Source of the DNA: Rhina ancylostomus
Lineage: Eukaryota
NCBI GenBank assembly: GCA_030265395.1
Contig: JARFYF010000052.1
Coordinates: 76,237,936-76,301,935, forward strand
Direction: 5' to 3'
Length of the DNA stretch: 64,000 nt
Below are positions 1 through 11,310 of this stretch, piece by piece. A program made the position numbers and the translations under genes. The notes below the pieces were generated by a model that saw only the letters and a list, made by a program, of their open reading frames with translations, ran no database searches and had not been told where the DNA came from. Position 1 is the first letter of the stretch; each line of letters begins with the position of its first letter.

Positions 1-1249
1 TCTTTCTTTTGGAAACTTGAAATTAGTAGTGCAGTATATTCAGATTCTCACTGAACAATTTCTGTGATTTGAATAATTCTCATTAACAATACTTTAGCAT
101 GTTACATATACTGCAGTGATACTGGCTTTGTTTTTGCCCAGAAGGGTTAGTAAGGTATTCAGTTACTCTAAGTGATATAACGCATTTTTTGAACAAAGGC
201 TGAAAAAGGATTGTGCTGAATCAATTAGTAACTTGTCCTGATGTCGCCTGAAGATTGTATCCTGCTCAAGTGATTTGTCTTCCCTTTTGTATCATTAATT
301 ATAAAATCAATAATTCAGATTTTAGAAGTTTAAGTCTGCAAGAAATTAAAAGTAGTATGAAACATGTACACTTTTTATGCCTTTGTATTTGGAATATCTG
401 CTAAATATGGCTAATGTTGATCACTGGAAATCTTGAACTGAGGTTTAATGAGAAAGATGTCTTAGTATGCAAAGGCAGTTCCAATTGTTATATGGTTACT
501 CGAAGATTTCTGGTATTAATGCCCGGAAATAGTCTCCATATTATCTCCAAATGTGGATGATTTGCAATTAATTACAATTGTTTTTGAAAATATTTTTAAG
601 ATTGTGTTTCATCATTCAGTTCCTGATTAGTTTATTAGTATGATACAGTTAATGTATTAAATAAAGAAAAGAAATTTGGACAGTACTGAAATTCACACAT
701 TTCCTAATTGTGGAAGTTTTTTCTTGTGTATCTGGCTTTGAAGAAAGTAATGGACAAAAATTTCCTAAACTCTCTCGGTACATACCATAATTCTGCAAAA
801 AGTTATTTTCTATTTCCTGCCTTTACAGTCTCATTTATGGTAGTCCTGAGTTTAATGCCATCTCAAGCATAGAATTTATAAATAACCATACAAATCACTT
901 GGGTTGCCAACAGTCATGGGTTGTATGGGGTTTCTGTATCAGGAAGAAAAGTTGTCATCATCCAGTGTACCCTTATGACCTGGAGGATAGCTGTGGATGT
1001 TGGAGTTGCTGGCTTCTTCACCTGAAGCCTGTACTTGTGGGACTGTATCTAGTAGGCAAGATGGGATGTGGGGGTATGAGTTTTGAATTTCAGTTAGGCC
1101 CCACTGTGTTAGTCAGTGCTAGGCAGGTTTCTCCAGCATCAGCTGTGAAATTAGAGTTCTCTTAATGGGTTGTTTCAGGCACAATGGGCTGTAAGATTCT
1201 TGGAACTGCTACCTTTGTGCTGCCCTTACACAATCTTTACTCTTGTTTG

Positions 1250-2781
1250 AGACGGATGGCTTTGGCAGAGAAGATTAAGGAGAACCCGAAGAGAATAGGG
1301 CCCATCAAAGACCAAAGTGGACATCTTTGTGTGGAGCTGCAGGAGATGGGTGAGGTCTTTAATAAATATTTCTGTTTTTACCATGGAGAAAGATATGAAG
1401 ACTTTGGAACTAGGGAAAGTTACTGGGTGAAGTCATATTACAGTAGAGGAGGTGCTTGACGTCTTTATATGAAGGTAGACAAATCTCTGGGGCCTGACTA
1501 GGTATATCCAAAAACACTGGGAGGCTAGAGAAGAAATTGTGGGAGCCCTGGCTAGGATATTTGCATCATTGTTAACCATGTGTGAGGTGCCAGTAGACTG
1601 GAAGGTAATGAATGTTGTGCCCTTTTAAGAAGGGCTGTACACTAAATCCTAGGAACTAAAGACCAGTAAGTCTGTGGTAGGCAAGTTAGTGGAGAGGATT
1701 TTGAGGACTAAGATATACATGTATCTTGAAAGACTAAGGTTGATTAGGTATAGTCCATACAGCTTTGTATGGGAGATTGTGTCTTATGAACTTGACTGAG
1801 TTTTTTTGATGTGACCAAGAAGGTCGATGAGGGCAGGTCAGTAGATGTGGTCTATGTGGACTTCAGTAAGGGCTTTTAAGATACCACATGGTAGGCTGCT
1901 CAGGAAGGTGAGATTGCATGGAATCTGGATAATTGGATACACAAGTGGTTTGATGGTAGGAAGCAAAGGGTGATGGGCTTCTAGTTGGAGAAAACCTATG
2001 ACAAGTGATGTGCCTCAGATCAGTGCTGGACCTATTAGTTGTCATCTATATCAACAGTTTGAATAAGAAAGTAAAGGGCATGGTTAGTAAGTTTGCAAAT
2101 GACACTGAAATAGGTGGTTAATGGACAGTGAAGAAGGTTGTCAAAAATTACAGGGGGATCTTGAGCAGCTGAGTAAATGGGCCAAAGAATGGCAAATGGA
2201 ATTTGTTTCAGATAAGTGCAAGGCATTGCATCTTGGAAAGTCAAATCAAGGTAGGACTTTCACAGTGAATGGCAAGGCCCAGGGGAGTGTTATAGAACAC
2301 AGGGATTTTGGAATTCGGGTACATTTCCCTGAGAGTGGAGTTGCAGGTAGACAGATGAAGGCCAGTGTGCCAGAATCCTTCAGCCAGGGCACTGAGTAAA
2401 CTTTTTTAAGTTCTTTATTCCTTGGAGTGTAGGAGACTCGTAGAAGTATCTTATAGATGTGCATAAAATAATGAGGTGCATAGATGGGATGAATGCACTC
2501 AGGGGTGGGGAATCAAGAGTTAGAGGACATGAGTCTAAGGTGAGAGGGGAAAGATTTTAACAAGAACTTGAGGGAAAATATTTTTACACAGTGGTATGTA
2601 TATTGAATGAGCTGTCAGAGGAAGTGGTTGAGGCAGGTTTAATAACAAATTTTAAAAGACATTTGGACTGGTCCATGGACAGGAAAGGTTTAGAAGAATG
2701 TGGACCCAATGCTGGCAAACAGGACTAGGTGTGGACCATTTGGGCTGAAGAGCCTGTTTCCGTGCTGTATGACTCTGACTC
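1250..2781 (+). mobile_element. 5'-truncated, decayed CR1/HER1-type LINE (ORF2 reverse transcriptase plus 3' tail)
   Basis: Fragments MALAEKIKENPK/MGEVFNKYF, a degenerate KFADDT motif (aagtttgcaaatgacac, ~2089) and LQGDLEQLSKWAKEWQMEF. Tail gggctgaagagcctgtttccgtgctgtatgactctgactct. Many frameshifts. Confidence 0.9.
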
Positions 2782-3322
2782 TAGATGACACTTGTGCTCG
2801 TGTTACCAAGTTGAGTACAATTCGTTTGCTCATGTCTAAAGTGATGGTGACTCCTGGTAGCATCTTTGGCTGTCAATGGCTATGGTGGTGAAGGATGGCC
2901 CACTTTTGAAATTGAAACAGCCAGGGAAAGATGTTCTGACTATCATCCATATGTCCTCTTTGACACTATATATTCCCATTGCAGGCAGCATGCCTGGGCA
3001 AGATTAGGCCACAATTTTTGATTTCTACTAATGTTGGGATGTGCAAGTAGAGAAAAGAATATGCAGGTTCTAAAAAATTTCTAATGCTTATTAGTTGACT
3101 ATTTTGAAACAATTAAGTCATCAGAACAGTTCTTTGTCAGTATCATTCTGGGAAAAGAAACTATTGGCACATGAGTTTGCTGTTGTGACAAAAATTAATT
3201 CTAATAGAAATGAAACTTTGGCAGGCTCAATTGTTAACCTAGTGCACCATCTGATTTCTATATTTCCTGGAAATTCTGGATCAAAGTTTTTGCATTTAGT
3301 ATGATTTTGCTGATTTCACCTT

Positions 3323-3343
3323 CCCCCCCCCCCCCCCCCCCCC
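3323..3343. repeat. Poly-C homopolymer (21 nt)
   Basis: Seen directly. Confidence 0.9.
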
Positions 3344-3629
3344 AATTTCTGGAAAAGATTTGCTAGCAAGGGGGCATTGGGCAGTGCTCAAGTTTTTAGT
3401 GACCAGTGTCTCAAAAAAATCAGCGTTGCAGCTCTGTCCATTTGTTCGTGGAAGATTTGTTTTAATTTTAAAATATCGTCATAATTGCAGATATAATGTT
3501 TTGCTGCAGGGCTGATGTTAACATATCATCACCTATATAGTTGTTGATTGAATGGCCTTTTAGTAGTTACAGAAAATGCATTTGATTTGTGCTGTATAAT
3601 AGATTAAAATATCTTTATTTTAATCTAAG

Positions 3630-3709
3630 ACTGTGAACCTGAAGAAGTGACTGACTGGTCTATGAATGAAAACTGTTCATTTTGTTGCATAAGGAGAGAG
3701 AAAGTCAAG
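3630..3709 (+). CDS. LCORL: LCORL shared internal coding exon (80 nt; first exon visible in the window)
   Basis: Acceptor ...ttttaatctaAG and donor GTAAGT at 3710. Translates (D)CEPEEVTDWSMNENCSFCCIRREKVK, matching human LCORL DCEPEELTDWSMDEKCSFC as recalled. Too short for the ORF track. Confidence 0.93.
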
Positions 3710-4364
3710 GTAAGTCAAACGCTGTATGATAATTCCAAATGAAAGTTAAGTTTGCCTTGATGAACTATACAACATATGGCTTTCACCTTTATTTATCTCA
3801 CTATATCCGGATTTTTGTATTCATTTTACTTGCAAACTAGGATTTTTGCAAAGGGCATGATCAACATTTGGTGATAGTTGATCAGGTGAACTGCTTGTTT
3901 CTCAGTAGTTGGTGCATGTTAAGTGAGTAATTAAAATCAGAACTAAAGTAAACTGAAAAATAGGGTGAAAAGGAAAGTAGATGGGCAGAAAGTGTGAGAA
4001 TAGAATGGCACATTCTTTTTTTAAAAAAGTCAACCCAGAAGTCTTTTGCTACCTGCCTATTATTTACATGACTTTTGGGAGGGGTGGTCCATTTGGGTGG
4101 CAGAAGTGATCAATTGATAAAGGCAGAATATGTGGCTGGAATATTTCAGTACTTTTAAGTTTTTTAAAAAAACCATGAGAATGTTGTTAAAGTCTCACCG
4201 GTAAAGGGGAGGGGGGTAACAGTGAATGGAGTGTAAATTGATAAGATGACAAATTCCAACATTGTCCAAAGTAAATAAATCATTCAATCCATAGAGTGCA
4301 TTCTAACTTTTTGAAGTAAGGTAGAGAATTAACATTTAGAAATCGGGGCACAAGCATGAAATTG

Positions 4365-4895
4365 ATATAATGCAGCAGTGGAGGAGTGCTGTGTAATGGA
4401 AGTGTCAATCTTTGGTCAACATTAAATTGACTCCCAGCATGCTATTTTCCTTTTTCAATCTTTATTAATTTTCAAATTAATACCAAATAATACATATAAC
4501 ATCAGTAATTATACATGTAATACAAAGAGATTGGGAGGACAATCATGACATAGTCATAAAGAATAAAAAGATATATTTCAAGCCCCACTGTTTCTTAGTA
4601 AATGAATATTATAAAAAATAAAANNNNNNNNNNNNNNNNNNNNNNNNNNNNNNNNNNNNNNNNNNNNNNNNNNNNNNNNNNNNNNNNNNNNNNNNNNNNN
4701 NNNNNNNNNNNNNNNNNNNNNNNTTGTTTAGTGTGATCAATTAAAGGTAACATTTCTTGAAGCTTGAGTAGATGTTAGAAAATCAGTGGCATTATTTGCT
4801 CATTAACAGCCATTTACCTCTCCAGTATTCCACCCACAAACATCACCAAATACTGATTGTGTGTCCTACTCTTTTCAAACTAGCTGCTGCAATAG
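4365..4895 (+). mobile_element. Possible ancient Deu-domain SINE remnant, split by an insertion and a gap
   Basis: ggagtgctgtgtaatggaagtgtcaatcttt and ccacaaacatcaccaaatactgatt...aactagctgctgc resemble the recalled Deu-SINE core. Highly diverged. Confidence 0.3.
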
Positions 4896-6384
4896 TTAGC
4901 ATAAATTAGAGCTACATTTTTTGTGTGACTCTTTATTTTAAAGACAATCAGCTGGATTCTAACTGTTCAAGAAGGCCTGCCACTGCACACTTCTGGATGA
5001 GACTGGAAACTGTCCTTGGAGTTTGCATGTGCTATTGTATAAAGCTGAGTTATGAAGGTTTTTTGACCATTGCCATGGTGAAATGGAATGAATTAACAAG
5101 TGAATGTATGAGTAAGTGCACTTGCAGATATGTTCTTGTAAAACATGGTGTTTGCTGGCCCCTAATCTGTTCACCATTAAATATCATCTTGCTGTTTCCA
5201 GACTAAATTTGTATAGATCATCATTTTCTCTGGAAGAAATAAAACACCAACTGTATCACTTTCCAAAATAACAATTCAGCTGTATAGAATTGTAAGCCTA
5301 GTGTGCGAATATTCATGATGTACTTTATAGTGAGTTAATTTCTACATGCAGCTCTATTTCATGTAAACCTAACACTTGGAGACATTGTCATCTTTTATTG
5401 TGATCATTTCAGAATGGCAGTATCCTAATTTAAAGGAACAAACTTTGAATTGTAAGCCTACATTATTTGAGGTTACTATCTTTCCAAGCACTAGAGGATA
5501 CAAGTGATGTCTGTCCAACCATTTGAGGTAACCCATCCATTCTACGTATTCCAAATAAGGTTGGCCAGGGGAAATATATATAGGAGATGCAGATTTATTA
5601 TCTGAAATTACCCAAAAAGATGGTGTGGATGCTAGAAATCTGAAGTGCAATGTCTTTATTTTAGATTTCCAGCATCCACAATAATTTAAGGTTGGACATG
5701 ATGGCAATACTGTTGCCAGCCTGAGAGGAAGATACAGGGTAATTCTGGGTTAATTCAGCTTGGTGACTGCCACCCCACCCTACTTCTCCCCCTCTGCTCT
5801 AAGTGACTGAAATGACACTTTTGCACTGTTTCACTTAGTTGTTCTGAAGAGAGCTGCTCTGCTTTAGCTGGAAATAGTTTACTCTAAATTCTTTCTCAAT
5901 ACTATTTATTAAATTGAATTTGTGGTACAATAGACCCTTTCCTGCAGCATAGGCTCTGCTGAGAGTTGTACATCACCACCACCCCCACCACCACCACCTT
6001 TTCACGGCCCTCCCCCCCCCCCAAAAAAAAAATTCCAATCAGGTTTATGATCACTGACTTGTGTTGTGGCAGCAGTACAGTGCAGAGACGTTAAAATTAC
6101 AAAACAGTGCAAAAAAAACTAAGTAGTGTTCATCGACTATTCAGAAATCTGATGGCATGGGGGTTGGTCAACACGATGATAACTGCAGATAACTGCAGAT
6201 CTCCTGTTTACACCTCCTTCAGATCTTTTATTTTTGATCTCATTACGATCTCCTTTCATCTGAGACAAATTATACCTTTTGTCACTTAATCTTGGCCCTT
6301 CATCCTACGACATGTCTACCCTTATTCTCTGCTCCCTTTTCATTTTTCTGTACTCAATCTGTAGTGTGTCTGTATCTCCAACAT

Positions 6385-6585
6385 TGCCCTGTTGGAATGA
6401 AAGGTCAGCAACCTGAAACGTTAACTCTTTCTCTCCACAGATACTGAGTACCAGCAGCATTTTTCTTTGGATGTCCAGTATCTGCAGTTGCTTGTGTTTC
6501 TCCCCCAATGACCTGGAATGTTAACTTTTTCCCTCCACAGATGCTCCCTGACCAGCATAGTCTTGGCTGCATTTCCTGTTTTCAG
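6385..6585 (+). mobile_element. Two tandem Penelope-like terminal-repeat fragments
   Basis: Two copies of acctg(a/g)aa(c/t)gttaact...ctccacagat(a/g)ct...gcattt. The first ends in tccagtatctgcagt, the reverse complement of the actgcagatgctgga motif at 20723. Confidence 0.6.
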
Positions 6586-8945
6586 TCCAAACAGTAAAAT
6601 TTTATGAAAACATGTCAGTTGGCATTTTGTTGCTTCAATGTTGGCTGCCTGTAAAATATTCTGTTGTTTCCTCTGCAGTTGACAATGGTTTCTGCTTTTA
6701 GTCACAGACACTTGCATGAATTTCCTAATTATCAACTATTGAGTTGGTCACCTATACAGTACTGTCCACTGGTTGCTCTGCAGAAAGTGATATACAATGG
6801 GTTCTCCATTCTAACATGAGCTACTTGTATGATCTCCTTGGTTATCAGTAGAATTAGTCACTCTTCAGGATTTTTGACTATAACATTTTTATAAATTGTA
6901 TTAAGGAAACTAGGTCTGAGAAAGTTATTGTACCAACAGTTGAGGAAATATAGATGAGGATCTGCAAAAGGCATCTGGCCAATGTATTAACTTTGAAACT
7001 GAGTTGAAGATTTCAGAAAACATTTTATGGGTGATAAGATGATGCTATTTCTATTCACATGAGCCCAGTATCAAGAGAAAAGGTGGGCAGTTTGAGATTT
7101 CTTCAGATGTAACCCTGAAAACTGATTCTTCTGAATGAGGAAAAAGGGACATTGAGTTATTGAATGAACACTAAAATAGAAGTTGAGCAAACTCCTATTA
7201 CTGTGAACATTGAAGTGTTTTGGAATTTCCCAAGAAATCGTTTTTTTTTGCCTTGATCATATGAACCAAGGCAGTAATTCATTGCTTTGCTACCACCTCC
7301 ACTGAAACAATTTTTGAGAACCAGTGTTCAACTTGGGAACTTTCCTTAAACCTCCACTGTTACCCCTACAAATGGTTTTGGCCTTGCATAAAGGCAAAAT
7401 TTTCAAAGTTCCTTGTGCTTCCACTCTTTGAATTTTTAGTGGGGCAATCACTTAACTGTTCTGGGTGAAGTTTAATTGCCTGATGTTTTATGAAATAACT
7501 GGTCCATAGCATCTGTTGGCAAATTCACTTCCTTTCTTGCAAATCGAGAACCAGAAAGATGAGTTGCTCAGATCCGCTTGATTGGTTTGTGCATAAATGC
7601 ACAGCAGTGAATAAAATTGGAGAGGAAGTAGCACAAATTTGCTGTAGGCATTGACAAAGTGCCAATAAATGTTGGTTAGCTAGTTTGGACCAGGTTACAA
7701 CTGGGAGCAGAATATTTGTGGTTAAAATTTTTGGGAAGAATAAATTTGGTCTCTAGGAGAATGTGCGAGGTGTTAATCAAAAGATTTCAGTACAGCATAG
7801 AAACAAGAAGTATGGTCCAAAAGCTGAATCATTGAGGAATAAGGAACAAGCTGTTATGCAGTTGGGAGTGAAATGAGGAAAGGTGCTAGAGGAAGAATTA
7901 GATGAGTTAGAGAAAACCAGTAAGAATATTCTGTGTTTTTAAGTAAATGAAGAAACAATTCAGCCGAGGTTTAGGAAATGGGCTGTATAAGGAAATGAAT
8001 GAACACAAAAATGGTAACCATATCATACTCTGATTAAATTTTAGACAAAACTTAGAATGACAAAGATGACTTTTCTCTGATTAAATTGAAAAGAAAAATG
8101 ATAAGTGGCAATCTTCAAACAAAATAAGGTTGACGTGAAGATCTCATTGGTAAAGGTGGCATGGTAAAGGCTTAGGTTTCTTGTACAAGTAAAGATGTTA
8201 ATAAGCCAATACATAGTGTCATGATGGGTTTCATCTAAATCAAAACTAAGCAAATCAAAATGTAGTAAGTAGATGGAAAAACAAAGATAATCTAGAAAGC
8301 TAACATTGACAACGGTTAGTGATTACAAAGTGAAACAAAACCATTTGGGGGGGGGGAATCAAAGTAGTAGTTTAAATAAAAATATTGAAGTAAACTAAAC
8401 ACTTCAGACACTAAACACTTCAGTTATCAGATGATGGTGTAACTAATGAAGGGGCAAGAGCAAGGGTGTAATGCAACTGTACAACTGAAAGATGAAAATC
8501 AGGCCTAGAATAATGCATCCTAGAATTTTAAGTCAAATGGAAGATGTAAAGATTATGAAGAGAAACTTGGCCAATCCATGCCGTAGAACTTTATAGTTCT
8601 CCAGAGGACTGGTGTTACCATTAAATAGCTTTTTTTGAAGCAATAAATTGGAACATAAACAAGGATGACCAAGCATCTGGATAAAAAGATAAAACAATAG
8701 CAGGAATGGGGCATACAGTCCCTTAAGCCTATTCAACAATTCATTAAAATTGTTTAGTTGTATGTGGCTTCATGATTGTAAATTCATTATGTACAAGGAG
8801 CTAAATCTTTTAGGTTCATTTATAATGGACTAAAAATAGAAACTAGTGAATAAATATGGCATGATTTCAATATAAAATGTGAATCTTTTTCATTGTTTCA
8901 TTTATTTTGAAGATATTTCTGAGCATAATTCATTACTGTTTCTAG

Positions 8946-9078
8946 GAGCATATCTCATCTGTGAATGCACCTCCAACACTGACATCTACTGAGGAATCTC
9001 TATCTCAGGGGCAGTCCCACACTGAACAGCTTGAATGCCAAGCAGACAAATTTCTTAATGCTATCTTTCATAAAAAAG
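8946..9078 (+). CDS. LCORL: LCORL shared internal coding exon (133 nt)
   Basis: Acceptor ctgtttctAG and donor GTACAA at 9079. Phase 0 start fits the previous exon. Translates [44 protein letters not shown], similar to human [30 protein letters not shown]. Confidence 0.93.
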
Positions 9079-10452
9079 GTACAATATTTATGCTTTGATT
9101 CTTAAGACTACTTGAATCTTCAGTTTTGTTGACCAAAAATTATTCTAATTTACAATCTTTGAATTAAATATGTTCAGATTTTTATTGCAATTGATGTACA
9201 TGCATAAAAGTATATATTGAGGTGAATGAAACATGCATCTTCATTTTAACATTGTACCTTCCAAGGAATAACTCACTTTGGGTCAATTGTTTACATATTC
9301 CAAACTGTGCTCGACATTCCAAGTTTAAATTTTTTTTTATAAAAACACACTGACACCATCTACTGGTTGTTTGCAAAATAACTTCACTTTCGTTTATTGT
9401 CATTTTTTAATGGCTTAATAGGCCTTGAAGTACCTGGATTGGCATAAAAGGCAAGTTAGGCCAAAATTTACACAAGTCTCCACACTAATCTTACAGACGG
9501 CAACTTGCAGTACAATTTCCAGAGAATCTTATTAGCATATGCTGGAGCACATAAGCTGGTTTAAGTAAGAAGCTCAAAAAAGGCGTAAGTAATTGTAGCC
9601 CCAGGGCAACAGGAGCAATACCAAAAAAGTCAAAATAGACTAACCAACATTTGAGGCGTGGCAGTTATGGTGAGTGGACAATTTTTTTTGTCAACCAATC
9701 TTTGATATAATTTACTGTAAAGGTTGTTTCCTATCTCTCAAGTTTGTTTTTTGTTTTGGCAGGGGCATGCAGCAAGATGAGGCCTGCTGCTGCTGCTTAG
9801 CAGGAGTGTTACAGGCTGTCTTGGAGAAAGTCAAGCTGTAGAAAGATGAGCTGCTTGGTGGCAAGGATGCAGCTGCCTCAAAAGTTAGCCAGAGTGCCTG
9901 AAGGAGGCCTCACTAGCTCTTTGTAGAAATTTTTGTGACCATGCATATCCTAAAAGGTGTTGTAAGAAGTTCAGCAACCTGATCAAGGCTGATGAGGTAA
10001 GACACCTACCCTGATCTCTCCCTTTCAGGTGTCAAAGTTGAACATAAATTTTAAAAGTAATTTGAGCAATAACTGGTATTAACATTGCAGTATTATCAGC
10101 CACTGCCTAGTACCTGCAAAAGCAGATGATGAGCTGGCTGTAGTGGTAACTGTCTATACTTGGAAGACATCAGGATTTTGTTTTATTTCTGAAGTAGTTT
10201 TTTAACACTCAGACATTGAGTAATAAGGACACATCACCTAATCTAGTGATCATTTATTCCCTCAGACTAAGATGGCTCCTAATTGGCACTGGTGCCTTTT
10301 CTACATGAAGTAGGCAAACTATATACCCTTCCTACATTCTCCTGTGCCTTTTAGGACATGATGTTGTGCACATGAGAAAGATGCACTGGTGGAGTACTTT
10401 GTTCACCACAATCCTGACCTCCCATGAGGAAAAGCTTTGAGTCCCAGTGTTT

Positions 10453-11310
10453 CATAGAACATGTGCCAACCATGATGCCAGTCTAAACCACTTCAATCTG
10501 CTTGTATGTGGTGGATATCCTTCTCCTCCATGATTTGTTCATGTGTCTGAATGCTGCTTAAACTTCACTAATGTGTCTGCTTCTACCACCTCCCCTGGCA
10601 GGGCATTCCAGTCAACTACCATTCTGTTAAAACAAACTTGCCTTACACATTTCCTTTTAAACATTCCCCATCTCTAGTATTTGATCTTTCCATCCTGGGG
10701 CAAAGATTCTATCTACTTTATCTATATCTCCATAATCTTTAACAACTTTATCTACTTTATCAACCTCATATATACTTCAGAGGTTGACAGGCAACCTAAC
10801 TGATGCTTCAGCAAAAACAATCCAGGTCTGTCCAACCTCACAGCTAATACACCAATCCAGTCAACATCCCAGTATACCTCAACAAAACCTCCTTATTTCT
10901 TCCTGTATTGTGGCAACCAGAACTGCACACTGTATGAATGTGGCCTAACCAAGTTTTATAGAGATTCATTGTGACTTCCTGACTTTTATACTCAATGCCC
11001 CAACTGATGAAAGCAAGCATACTATATGCTGCCTTTGCCATGCTATCCACTTGTGTTGCCACTTTCAGGAAGCTATGGACTTGTGCCCCAAGATCCTTCT
11101 GTACATCAATGCTGCCAAGGTCCTGCAATTTAATATGCTTTCCTCTTGCACTTGACCTCCAAAACACCATATCTTACACAAACTCTATCTGCTATTTCTT
11201 TGCCCAAATTTCCAACTGATCTAATATCCTGTACTATCATTTGATAACCTTCCTTACTATCCTCAACTCCACCAATTTTCATGTCATCTGCAAACCTACC
11301 CTGGATGACA
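10453..11310 (-). mobile_element. 5'-truncated CR1/HER1-type LINE fragment
   Basis: Minus-strand ORFs with GRFADDMKIGG and QKDLGAQVHSFLKVATQVD...AYSMLAFISWGIEYKS (RT C-terminus), followed by the 3' tail. Confidence 0.9.
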
